A program made the position numbers and the translations under genes. The notes beneath the pieces are model-generated. The model had not been told where the DNA came from and searched no databases. It worked only from the letters and a program-made list of their open reading frames with translations. A DNA stretch of 64,000 bases from a plasmid. Positions 55,440 through 64,000 of this stretch are shown here, in pieces (the stretch's first letter is position 1; each line of letters opens with the position of its first letter). Location: the sequence record NZ_CP064874.1; one strand, 5' to 3'.

Positions 55440-57995
55440 TCAGCGGACGGGTTCGTCGGCGTGCCGGACGTCGTCCGACGACGCATCCCCGGCTTCCGTC
55501 GCCGCCCCGTGGATCGGATGGCTTCGCTCGAGCGCGGCGCCCTCGACGTCGACGTTCGGGAGGATCCGATCGAGCCAGCGCGGCAGCCACCACGCCTTCT
55601 CGCCGAGCAGGTGCATGAGCGCGGGGATCAGCAACAGCCGCACCACGAACGCATCGAACAGCACGCCGATCGCGAGGCCGAAGCCGAGCGGTCGCACGAG
55701 CGCCAGGTGCGAGAAGATGAACCCGCCGAACACCGACACCATGATGATGGCCGCCGCGGTGACCACCGCTCGCCCGTTCCGTAGCCCGGCGACAACCGCC
55801 GTCCGGGCCGGCACCCCGTGCACGAACGCCTCTCGCATTCCGGTCACCAGGAAGAGCTGGTAATCCATCGCGAGACCGAACAGCACGCCGATGAGGATGA
55901 TCGGTGCGAAGTTCAGCACCGGTCCGGGGGTGTGGACGCCGAACACCGGCCCGAGCCATCCCCACTGGTAGATCGCCACCACGGCTCCGAGTGCGGCGAA
56001 CAGCGACAGCACGAACCCGGCTGTCGCGATCAGCGGCACGAGGATCGAGCGGAACACCAGCACGAGGATGAGCAGCGACAGCCCCACGACCAGCGCGAGG
56101 TACACCGGCAGCACGCCGGCGAGTTTCTCGGAGATGTCGATGTTGCCGCTGGCCTGGCCTGCCACCCCGAGCTCGATGTCTCCGATCGGCGAGAGCTCGC
56201 GCAGGTCGTGCACGAGCTGCTCGGTCGATTCGGTGGACGGTCCGCCGATCGGCACGACCTGGAAGGCGAGGAAGTCGCGGTCCTCGGACACTCCGACCGG
56301 CGCGACCGCGACCACGCCGCCCTGCTCGAGCAGCTGACCGGCTAGGTCGGCCTGTACCGCGACGACGTCGTCCTCATCGATCGGGGCCGGCAGCGCGGCG
56401 GTGACGAGCAGCGGTCCGTTCTGGCCGGCTCCGAATGCCTCGGCCGCGGACGTGTAGGCCCGGTACTGGCTGGAGTCGACGGGCTCGGATGACCCGTCGG
56501 GCATGCCGAGCCGCATGGAGAGCGCCGGGATCGCGATGATGAGCAGCGCGCCGACGGCGAGTGCGGCGCGCGCGAACGCACGCGAGGTCTTCATGGGCTT
56601 CAGCTCGGGGCGAGCGTGCGATTCGTGGCCGATCTGGCCGCGAGCCCGCCGATTGACGATCCGGAGGCCGATGATCCCGAGCATCGCAGGCGTCAGGGTC
56701 ACCGACAGGAGTACCGCGACCAGCACGCATCCGGCCGCGACCGTTCCCATGACGCCGACGAAGGGGATGCCGGTCACGTTCAGGGCGAGCAGTGCGACGA
56801 GCACCGTCGAGCCTGCGAAGACCACGGCGTTGCCCGACGTGCCGTTCGCGAGGGCGATGGATTCGTGCACGTCGACACCGGCGAGCACTTGCCGTCGATG
56901 GCGGTTGATGATGAACAGCGCGTAGTCGATGCCCACGGCCAGTCCGAGCATCATGCCGAGCACGGGGGTGGCCGACGACATGTCCACGACGCCCGAGAAG
57001 GCCAGCGACCCGGCGACGCCGACGCCGACGCCGACGAGTGATGAGACGATCGGCAGCAGCGCCGGCAGCAGCGCGCGGAACATGATGACGAGCGTGAGCA
57101 GCGCGAGCGCGACGCCGACGATCTCGCCGATGCCGATGAGTCCCTCGACCGCGGTGGCGATCGTCGCCGAGTAGTAGTCGACCTGCACCCCGTCGATTTC
57201 GGCCTGGTCGAGTTCGTCCGAGACCGCTTCCACGACCTCGGACGGGACGGAGAACACGTCGTCCTCGAACATCACCACGCCGATCGCAGTGGCACCGTCC
57301 TCGGACACGGTTCGGATCTCCGAGGCGGCATCCATGAGCACCCGCGCGTCATCGAGCTGAGCGCGCTGCTCGGCGAGTTCGCCGGCACCGGCGTCCAGCT
57401 CGCCGCGGCGATCCTCGAGCTGAGCGGCACCGGCATCGAGCTCGGCCTGCTGCGCGGCGAACTGCGCCGCTGCGAGCGCGTACGTCCCCGCGGACTTCGC
57501 TTCAGCGATGGCCGCGTCGAGTTGCGCCTGAGCGGCCTCGAGCTGGGTTCGCGCAGCCTCGATCTGAGTGGAGCCCTCGTCGAGCTGGCGCTGCGCTTCG
57601 TCGAGCTGGGCCGCGCCGGCTTCGAGCTGCTGCTCCTGTTCGGCGCGATCGGACGTCGCGACGAAGGGGTCGACCACATCGGCCACGCCGTCGATTCCGT
57701 CGATCTCGGCCAACATCGCGGAGATATCCCCCTGCTGGGCCTCGGTGAAGTCGGATCCGTCCTCCGTCCGGAACACGATGGTGCCGGTTCCGCCCCCGAG
57801 TTCCCCCAGTTCTTCGGTGAGCCGCTCGGTGACGCGCTCGGTCTCGGTGCCCGGGATGCTCATGCTCGACGTCAGCGTGCCGCCGAAGGAGACGAAGGCT
57901 CCGACAGCCAGGGCGAGTGCGGCGATCCAACCGGCGACCACGGCCCACGGTCGGCGCGCGGCGAATCGTCCGACACGGTAGAGGAGTTCTGCCAC
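55440..57995 (-). CDS. MMPL-family (RND-like) membrane transporter.
   Basis: 851 aa, two 6-TM bundles separated by soluble/coiled-coil loops; typical MMPL N-terminus. Confidence 0.85.
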   Translation of the reverse strand: MAELLYRVGRFAARRPWAVVAGWIAALALAVGAFVSFGGTLTSSMSIPGTETERVTERLTEELGELGGGTGTIVFRTEDGSDFTEAQQGDISAMLAEIDGIDGVADVVDPFVATSDRAEQEQQLEAGAAQLDEAQRQLDEGSTQIEAARTQLEAAQAQLDAAIAEAKSAGTYALAAAQFAAQQAELDAGAAQLEDRRGELDAGAGELAEQRAQLDDARVLMDAASEIRTVSEDGATAIGVVMFEDDVFSVPSEVVEAVSDELDQAEIDGVQVDYYSATIATAVEGLIGIGEIVGVALALLTLVIMFRALLPALLPIVSSLVGVGVGVAGSLAFSGVVDMSSATPVLGMMLGLAVGIDYALFIINRHRRQVLAGVDVHESIALANGTSGNAVVFAGSTVLVALLALNVTGIPFVGVMGTVAAGCVLVAVLLSVTLTPAMLGIIGLRIVNRRARGQIGHESHARPELKPMKTSRAFARAALAVGALLIIAIPALSMRLGMPDGSSEPVDSSQYRAYTSAAEAFGAGQNGPLLVTAALPAPIDEDDVVAVQADLAGQLLEQGGVVAVAPVGVSEDRDFLAFQVVPIGGPSTESTEQLVHDLRELSPIGDIELGVAGQASGNIDISEKLAGVLPVYLALVVGLSLLILVLVFRSILVPLIATAGFVLSLFAALGAVVAIYQWGWLGPVFGVHTPGPVLNFAPIILIGVLFGLAMDYQLFLVTGMREAFVHGVPARTAVVAGLRNGRAVVTAAAIIMVSVFGGFIFSHLALVRPLGFGLAIGVLFDAFVVRLLLIPALMHLLGEKAWWLPRWLDRILPNVDVEGAALERSHPIHGAATEAGDASSDDVRHADEPVR

Positions 57996-58129
57996 GCGAG
58001 AGGCCTTTCATGAGGAGACGAGACGAGGGCGCACCTACGAGCCACCACCGAGGATAGCCGACATTTGTCGGAAATCGGAGCGGCTGGGTTCTGCGTGGCG
58101 TCTCCCCATCCCGCTGGCACAATCGACGC

Positions 58130-58696
58130 ATGGATGCCCGCGTCGTCCGCACCCGACGGTCCCTGCAGGAGTCGCTGTTCGCCTTGGCTCGCGAGCGGCC
58201 GCTCGAGGAACTCACCGTCGCCGACATCGTGCAGCGGGCAGGAGTGAATCGGAGCAGCTTCTATCAGCATTACGCCGACAAGGACACCCTTCTCGCCGAT
58301 GCCATCGACACGGCGGTCGAGCAGGCAGGGACCTTCCTGCCTGAAACGATCACCGCACCGGACGGCCCGCAACGCGCGCTCCTCGCCTACCTGCGACACA
58401 TCGACGAGCATGTGGCGGTCTATCAGCGCGTGCTCGGACGCCACGGCTCGGCCGCGGTGGCGTTCAGGTTGCGTGATCGCATCGAGGCCGTTGCCCGCGA
58501 GGGCCTCGGGCGAATGGGCACGCACGCATTCGAAGGGATCCCCCTCGACGTCGTCAGTGCCGGCATCGCCGGCTCAGCACTCGGCGTCATCGAGGCGTGG
58601 CTCGCGCGCGACCCCCGACCGCGAGTCGAGACCGCTGCGGACTGGGTATGGCGTGTGCTCGTCGGCGTCGGCGATGCAATGGAGGAGGGGCGCTGA
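58130..58696 (+). CDS. TetR-family transcriptional regulator, divergent from the MMPL gene.
   Basis: 'LTVADIVQRAGVNRSSFYQHYADKDTLL' HTH. Confidence 0.85.
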   Translation: MDARVVRTRRSLQESLFALARERPLEELTVADIVQRAGVNRSSFYQHYADKDTLLADAIDTAVEQAGTFLPETITAPDGPQRALLAYLRHIDEHVAVYQRVLGRHGSAAVAFRLRDRIEAVAREGLGRMGTHAFEGIPLDVVSAGIAGSALGVIEAWLARDPRPRVETAADWVWRVLVGVGDAMEEGR

Positions 58697-58719
58697 CGGT
58701 ACGCCCCGTCCACAGCCGG

Positions 58720-59664
58720 CTAGGGTGCGTCTGACAGCGTTCTGGTCCAGGCGATGGCGGCGTGGATGAGGACGGCGGCGCGGTAGGTGATCGCGTGTTT
58801 GTCGTAGCGGGTCGCGAGGCCTCGCCATTGCTTGGCGTGGCAGAACCGGCGTTCGATCACGTTGCGGTTCTTGTAGTCGTCGGTGTCGAGCCCGACAGGC
58901 CTTCCGCCTCGTGAACCGCGACGCTTCCGGTGCCCCTGCTGGTCGCGGGGCTCGGGGATCACGGCTTTGATCCCACGCCCCCGCAAGCGTGACCGGATCG
59001 CGCGGGACGAGTACGCCTTGTCGCCCCGGACCGCGTCCGGGCGGGTGCGAGGGCGACCGACGGGGCGACCCACGCGAAGCTGATCCAGCAAGGGCAGCAG
59101 CATCGGCGAATCACCGGCCTGTCCGGGGGTGATCACCGTGACCAGCGGCAGCCCCTTCCCGTCAACGAGCTGGTGGATCTTCGTCGACAGGCCGCCCCGG
59201 GAGCGGCCGATAGCATGATCAGGCGGCTCGACGCCCGGATTCGTGTAATTCGATACAGCCCCCTGTGGGGCGACTCGTGTTCGTCGCGTGCTGATGCGCC
59301 CGCGTGATCGTCGAATCCACCGATACCGACCAGTCCACCAGCCCCTCGGCGTCGGCCTGCGCGATCAGCGACTGCACGATCGAGTCCCAGGTGCCTTCGG
59401 TCGCGAGCCTGCGATGCCAGGTCCACACGGTCTGCCACGGGCCGAACACTGCAGGAAGATCGCGCCACGCGATCCCGCACCGATACCGGTAAATGATCCC
59501 TTCCAGCATCGTCCGCGCGTCCGAGAACTTCCGACCCGGGCGACCCGTCGGCCTCGGCAACATCCCATCGATCAGAGACCACTGAGCATCCGTAAGCAAC
59601 CGAAACCGCGTCACCGCTCCAGCGTCTCAACCGATCCCCTCAACCTTTGTCAGACACGCCCTAG
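58720..59664 (-). mobile_element. IS5-family (IS427-group) insertion sequence, copy 2, identical to copy 1 and inverted.
   Basis: orfB (58720..59136) and orfA (59219..59614) proteins are identical to copy 1. Ends CTAGGGTGCGTCTGACAGC ... CCTTTGTCAGACACGCCCTAG. Confidence 0.85.
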
Positions 59665-59709
59665 GCCTCATGCGGTAGTGGGTGGTGCCTCGACTCTCCG
59701 GTGTTGGAA

Positions 59710-60021
59710 TCAGCGGATCGTGAGATCAGGAGTATCGGCTGGCAGGAGGTCGCCAATCTCCACGTCGAGCACCTGCGCCACGGCCAACAGCGTCCTGACT
59801 GACGGGTTCGCGGGAGTGCCTGGCCGAGACTCGCCCTTCTCGAGCTTCTGATACGTGTAGCGACTGAGGTTCGCCTCGTACGCGACACGATCTTGGCTGT
59901 AGCCGACGCGCGCCCGCTCGCGCTGAATGTTCTGACCAAGCTCGCGGGCGTATTGTTCCCAGGCGGTCGGTGGAGTCGCGTGGGAGGGCACGCACCCAGG
60001 CTTCCGATTAGGCCTTCGCAA
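59710..60021 (-). CDS. XRE-family HTH transcriptional regulator.
   Basis: 'ELGQNIQRERARVGYSQDRVAYEANLSRYTYQKLEKGES...LLAVAQVLDVEIGDLL'. Confidence 0.7.
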   Translation of the reverse strand: MRRPNRKPGCVPSHATPPTAWEQYARELGQNIQRERARVGYSQDRVAYEANLSRYTYQKLEKGESRPGTPANPSVRTLLAVAQVLDVEIGDLLPADTPDLTIR

Positions 60022-60080
60022 GTAGGCCTAATCGGTATGGCAATCTCGGCCTGCAGCGGGAGTCCCGGCGCGTGAAGCGA

Positions 60081-60500
60081 TCAGCTGCCGCGAGGCGTGG
60101 GTGTGGGGGAACGCTTCATCGGAGTGACGTTGCGCGTTGGGTCTTCACCGCGGAGCAGCTGATTCTCGACGTGCAGCTCGGCCACCGCGGTCGCTGCGAT
60201 CGTGAGTTGCGCCTCGAGTTCGCGAATTCGCGCGCGGAGGCCCGCGATCTGTGTCCCACGGTCCGCGAGTGATCGGTTGAGCGCTTCGAGTTCACGATCG
60301 CGCGGCTGGGTTCCGCCTGCCCGCAATGCCCACTCTTCGAGCACGGACTTCGCGCGGTTCATCGTCGCGCGGCTGACACCGGCTTCGCGGTAGAGGTTCT
60401 CCTTGATGAGACGGCCGTCGGTGCGCACTGCTGTGCCAGCGAAGAGCCGCTCCATCGCATCGCGGAGCTTGCGTTCCGACGTGCTGATGGGTTCAGGCAT
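60081..60500 (-). CDS. TnpC-like small protein (HTH plus coiled coil), third gene of the recombinase trio.
   Basis: ATG 60500 overlaps the upstream recombinase stop by 8 nt. 'LYREAGVSRATMNRAKSVLEEW' HTH, then a heptad-like Leu/Glu-rich tail. Confidence 0.5.
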   Translation of the reverse strand: MPEPISTSERKLRDAMERLFAGTAVRTDGRLIKENLYREAGVSRATMNRAKSVLEEWALRAGGTQPRDRELEALNRSLADRGTQIAGLRARIRELEAQLTIAATAVAELHVENQLLRGEDPTRNVTPMKRSPTPTPRGS

Positions 60501-62598
60501 CCGTGAATCTCCTCGTGATCTTGCGTACGTCTTTGAGTTCGGCCTCGAGCTGCTCGCGATTGTGCGACGCCATGCTGCGGTCGCGGAGCTTTGCCACCAG
60601 ATCGCGCTCTTCGGCGACCCACACGGGCGCGTGTTCATCGGTCACGACCGAATTGCCGCAGGTGGTCGGCTTGCACCGGTTGGGGATCACACCGCTTGCG
60701 GCAGCCTCGGCAGACAGACCTTTGAGGCAGGCCGCCTGTTCCGGATCGCCGAGGCAGTGGTTGATCGTTCCCCACCGCAGCGTGCTGAAGCGGTCACGCA
60801 GCAGAGTGCGCAGGGTCCGCTCATCTCCGACCTTCACTGCGATGTCGACCTCGGCGGTGGCGTTCACGAGCTCGTCTCGGAAGCGTTGTGCGCCTGCGCC
60901 GGCGAGCTTGATGTCGTCGACAGAGTCGGACGACCACATGCCGACGAGGCGTGAGGCGACGGCCTCCTGCAGTTCGTGCTCGAACTCGGCGGCCCACTCG
61001 GGCGTTTCGCTCGCATACCCAGACGTTGTGCCGTTCGCTACGGCCCGACGCGCTGCGTGCTTCAGCTGGATACCGAGCGCGACTTCGCCATCCGGTTGTT
61101 GGGCAGTGATGACGGCCATCGTGCGTCGAAACATGTGCGGGGCGAGATGGAAGTGTGGGATCGGCTCGAAGCCGGCCTCTCGCCCAATGTCGTTGAGCTG
61201 GGGTATGAGCTTCTTCAACTCGTCGTGCCGGTCGAAGGTCACCAGTTGGCCTTCGCTCTTCTGGCTGCGTCGACTCGATCCGAAGACGGCTTCGCCCACC
61301 GCGAGCCGCTCGGCGACGCTGATCGCCTGTGCTACCGGCTCGATGATCCACCAGTTGCGGCGATGCGTTCCGCGCTTGCCTTTCCGTAACTGGGATGCGA
61401 CCGCGGGCGCACCGTAGAAGGTCGTGAGCGCTCCCTTCTTGATGCTCAGCAGCTCGGAGTCGCGCATCATCGAAAGTGCCGCACAGAAGACGTAGCACGC
61501 GTTGCGAAGAACCTTGAGTTGAACTCGAATCGTGGCCGGATCGAAGCCATCGATCCAAGGGCCGGTGGAGCCGTCGGCCTTCCGCACGTCCGTGATCTTC
61601 GAGCGCAGGCCACCGCGCGCAGTGGAGATCTCGCCGGCGTCGATGGCTCTGGCGATTCGTTCGCGTCGGCGCCGCACCTCACTCCGTGATGTCTCGGCGA
61701 ATAGGTGTTTGCTGTGGCCATCGGAAACGAGCAGCGATAGGAGAGTCCAGTGGATCTCACCTTCCGTGAAGCGGCCGGCGGACATGCGATGGAGGGGAAC
61801 AGTCGACCCGGCGGCGACGAGCCAGGTCTCGATTGCGTCGTCGGGATCGCGGACAGCACGGCGTTCCTCGGGTGGACGCTCGAGAGTCGACCATTTGTCG
61901 GCGGCCGCGAAGATGTCGTGCGAGAAGACATCGATGTACTGCCAGCAGGCGCGAAGTAGCGGCCACCAGACGTGAGGTGGGATGACGGGCGTGCTCAGCT
62001 CCTCGCTGAACTTCTGCCCGCTCAGCGCGATCGTGGTCGCCTCACCCCACGGGCGGAACGGGATCCCTCCACCTGTGATGACCCGGTCGTACTGGTGGAG
62101 CGCACGGACGGACTCAATCGCTGCGCGCGTGGAGGACGGGGGAATGCTCGGCTTGATGTCACCAAGGAAGCAGTCGAGATCCGCTTGGTGGAGCTCATTC
62201 AGGGGGACACTGTCGAGGTGCTCGGCATGCCAGGACGCGAATCTCTTGAGTCCGTCGAGTCTTGTGCGGATCGTCTTGGTCTGCGCGGGCGCGGCGGTCA
62301 GGTAGAGGCTCTGATCACGAAGGACCTGGTGTCCCGGATTGAGCATGGCCATCGCGATCTCGCGGGCGCGAAGATTCCAGTCTCCGGTGAACGCGCCGAA
62401 GAGCAGCACCGCTGAGTGGCGCCCCGCCGCGGGGTTCCAACCGAGTGCGCGCAAGTCCCAGCGGGAGTCGTCACCGAACGAAGAGACGGGGTACGACTCC
62501 TCTCGATAGTGATGAGGGAGCACAGATTGCTGGGCGCGCCAGTAGGTGCTGGCGGGGGCGAGTCTCGAGGCATGGCGTGCGGCAGAATCAAGACTCAC
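60493..62598 (-). CDS. Large tyrosine recombinase (Tn554 TnpB-like), 701 aa.
   Basis: Catalytic-region motifs 'MRDSELLSI', 'HLAPHMFRRTMA' (HxxR) and 'NGTTSGYAS' (Tyr). Start overlaps the upstream recombinase stop (ATGA). Confidence 0.8.
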   Translation of the reverse strand: MSLDSAARHASRLAPASTYWRAQQSVLPHHYREESYPVSSFGDDSRWDLRALGWNPAAGRHSAVLLFGAFTGDWNLRAREIAMAMLNPGHQVLRDQSLYLTAAPAQTKTIRTRLDGLKRFASWHAEHLDSVPLNELHQADLDCFLGDIKPSIPPSSTRAAIESVRALHQYDRVITGGGIPFRPWGEATTIALSGQKFSEELSTPVIPPHVWWPLLRACWQYIDVFSHDIFAAADKWSTLERPPEERRAVRDPDDAIETWLVAAGSTVPLHRMSAGRFTEGEIHWTLLSLLVSDGHSKHLFAETSRSEVRRRRERIARAIDAGEISTARGGLRSKITDVRKADGSTGPWIDGFDPATIRVQLKVLRNACYVFCAALSMMRDSELLSIKKGALTTFYGAPAVASQLRKGKRGTHRRNWWIIEPVAQAISVAERLAVGEAVFGSSRRSQKSEGQLVTFDRHDELKKLIPQLNDIGREAGFEPIPHFHLAPHMFRRTMAVITAQQPDGEVALGIQLKHAARRAVANGTTSGYASETPEWAAEFEHELQEAVASRLVGMWSSDSVDDIKLAGAGAQRFRDELVNATAEVDIAVKVGDERTLRTLLRDRFSTLRWGTINHCLGDPEQAACLKGLSAEAAASGVIPNRCKPTTCGNSVVTDEHAPVWVAEERDLVAKLRDRSMASHNREQLEAELKDVRKITRRFTDA

Positions 62599-63989
62599 AG
62601 GTGGACTCCTCGCTGAGCGATGGGGACGTGGACGACTGCGTCGAGATCGTGGGAGCGTTGGGCTCGCTCTCGCTCCGCCGGAGTGAACTCATCCAGGATG
62701 CGCTCGATGTTCCTGAGCTGCTGTCCATGGGTTGCCGCGAACTGGGCGGGCTCCATCTCGTTCTGGTGTCCGCGAAGGATCTCGCGATAGGCGAGGATTC
62801 GAGGCAGGTGGTCGGTGAACACGATCGCGTTGGGGCACGCGAAGCACATCGATGGCCGATGCTCGCATAGACGCCCGCTTCGGCCGTAGGGAGAGTCGTA
62901 CGGTGAGCTGCAGTGCGCGACGTTCATGGCTCGATCCGTCGACGTCGACTCCAACTCGGCTACCGCAGCCACCGCAAGCTCGGGTCGCTCACCAGCCCGG
63001 ATCGACGCAGCACTGGCCTTCACGAACACTGGGCCGCTGACACGGTCGAAGACCTGCTGTTGAGCTGCGTTGACCGCTGCGCCGGCCAGCACGTGAACTG
63101 TCGTCGTCTGCGCGTAGTGGCGCTGGTAGACGGCGATGCTGTGGTCATCGCCTGCCGCAATGTCGGCGCTTCGGAGCACCGCCGCTCGCACACTCTTGAC
63201 TGTCTTTCGCAGTCGGCGCGCGTCGTGAGGTCTGGAGATGGCAGGTGTGATCGACGTCAGAAGGGACGAGAACGAATTCGAGAACGAATCTGGGCGTACC
63301 TCAAGGCGTCTTGACGAAGTTCGGAACACGCTCAAGAACAGGGCGTCATGCACCGGCGACGGGCTGGCTTCCCTCAGTTCCCTCGCCCTGGAAGTCGCAG
63401 CGAGAACCCGCTCGATGAGATCGCCCGACTTCCATCCGCTGCCGCTGGCAGATCCGGACGTGGCGCAGCGTACGATCCGGCTGCGGTGGGCGCGGGCCTT
63501 GTACAGACGGACGCGTAGCGTGTCGGGGTCTGAGATGTCGATGTCGCTCAGCGAGACGTTCGACCACTCCTCGGGAGCGGCGCCCGTCTCGAGCTGCAGC
63601 AGCGTCCTGAACGCGACCAGGTCGTCGCTCGAGGGATAGAGATATGACAGCAATCGCCTGACAACCCGGCCGGAGCCTCCATACGTCGTCGCGTGTTCGG
63701 TTTCGAACGCCTCGTGCAGGTCGTTGAGGACGCCTCGGTCGCACGCCAGCATGGCCTCGCGCTCCACCATGATGCCGTCCGTCCGTCCCAGGTGGTGGAT
63801 GCCCCAGAGGATATCTTCCGCGCGTGACCACCCGTCACCGCGAGGATCGCGCCCGACCTCGAGCAGTTGATGTCCGATCGAGAGTCGCTCCTCCAGCTCT
63901 CGGATGCGGCTGCGGCAGGTATCACGAATCGCAAGACGCTCGGCATTCGAGAACTCGTCGAGAGGCGTCGCGCCGCCGCCCTGATGCAA
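62595..63989 (-). CDS. Large tyrosine recombinase (Tn554 TnpA-like) with Cys-rich C-terminal extension; 5' end probably beyond the window.
   Basis: 'RPHDARRLRKT' (HxxR) and 'HSIAVYQRHYAQ' (Tyr). 'CSSPYDSPYGRSGRLCEHRPSMCFACP' zinc-ribbon-like tail. ORF touches the window edge. Confidence 0.75.
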   Translation of the reverse strand: MHQGGGATPLDEFSNAERLAIRDTCRSRIRELEERLSIGHQLLEVGRDPRGDGWSRAEDILWGIHHLGRTDGIMVEREAMLACDRGVLNDLHEAFETEHATTYGGSGRVVRRLLSYLYPSSDDLVAFRTLLQLETGAAPEEWSNVSLSDIDISDPDTLRVRLYKARAHRSRIVRCATSGSASGSGWKSGDLIERVLAATSRARELREASPSPVHDALFLSVFRTSSRRLEVRPDSFSNSFSSLLTSITPAISRPHDARRLRKTVKSVRAAVLRSADIAAGDDHSIAVYQRHYAQTTTVHVLAGAAVNAAQQQVFDRVSGPVFVKASAASIRAGERPELAVAAVAELESTSTDRAMNVAHCSSPYDSPYGRSGRLCEHRPSMCFACPNAIVFTDHLPRILAYREILRGHQNEMEPAQFAATHGQQLRNIERILDEFTPAERERAQRSHDLDAVVHVPIAQRGVHL

Positions 63990-64000
63990 GACCTGCCCGT

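Larger units (their letters stand above)
54383..59664. mobile_element. Composite-transposon-like unit: inverted identical IS copies flanking the MMPL transporter and TetR regulator.
   Basis: Two 945-bp IS copies, inward-facing, bracketing a 3.4-kb cargo segment. Confidence 0.6.

Noticed and set aside
1-64000. CRISPR arrays and rRNA genes (tRNA genes were not scanned for).
   Set aside because: No regularly spaced direct repeats with unique spacers were seen in the regions inspected for repeats, and no rRNA-like sequence was noticed. A dedicated tRNA scan (for example tRNAscan-SE) was not done. The only periodic repeats are the 8-mer array (409–609), the GCGC-box region (17290–17870) and the in-gene 225-bp duplication.

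Overview
High-GC (~70%) actinobacterial (Microbacteriaceae-like) accessory DNA that reads as one large mosaic mobile element (ICE or conjugative plasmid). 

- **1–16 kb (minus strand):** a complete Tad/Flp pilus locus (cpaB, tadZ, tadA, tadB, tadC, flp, three TadE/G pseudopilins, prepilin peptidase). Its tail also carries a secreted protein, a lipoprotein, a giant LysM–transmembrane–SARP-type regulator, a BrnT/BrnA-like toxin-antitoxin pair and hypothetical genes.
- **16–19 kb:** a ParA plus ribbon-helix-helix (ParG-like) partition pair, an 856-bp ORF-free region dense with ~11–12-bp-phased GCGC-core repeats, and a divergent sigma-70-region-4-like regulator.
- **19–31 kb (plus strand):** a Firmicutes/Actinobacteria-type conjugation module (VirB8/TcpC-like membrane protein, VirB4 ATPase, VirB6/TrbL-like membrane protein, M23 cell-wall hydrolase, FtsK-like coupling protein, NrdH-redoxin), plus an unusual protein built from two tandem RHH units.
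- **33–52 kb:** a decaying defence island. An MmeI-family Type IIL enzyme is truncated just before methyltransferase motif I. A nested-IS cargo region (IS5-family remnant, ISL3, IS481 fragment, MITE-like remnant) carries an amidase and 5-oxoprolinase subunit A. Then come an AIPR abortive-infection gene whose 3' end runs into the MITE, a hypothetical, and a DUF499 ATPase / DUF1156 methyltransferase (frameshifted) / SNF2-helicase module.
- **52–64 kb:** an excisionase, a metallophosphoesterase cluster, an IS5-family composite transposon (two identical inverted 945-bp IS copies flanking an MMPL transporter and TetR), an XRE regulator, and a Tn554-like tnpA/tnpB/tnpC double tyrosine-recombinase module that runs off the window.

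A 37-bp bipartite motif (CGATGTCCGCGAAG-N13-GCCTATAC) occurs four times, each directly upstream of a major operon (Tad flp operon, two conjugation operons, and a leftward gene at the window edge). This suggests a dedicated element-wide regulon. No CRISPR array or rRNA was seen, and tRNA genes were not systematically scanned; all protein family calls are from motif recognition by eye, not database searches.
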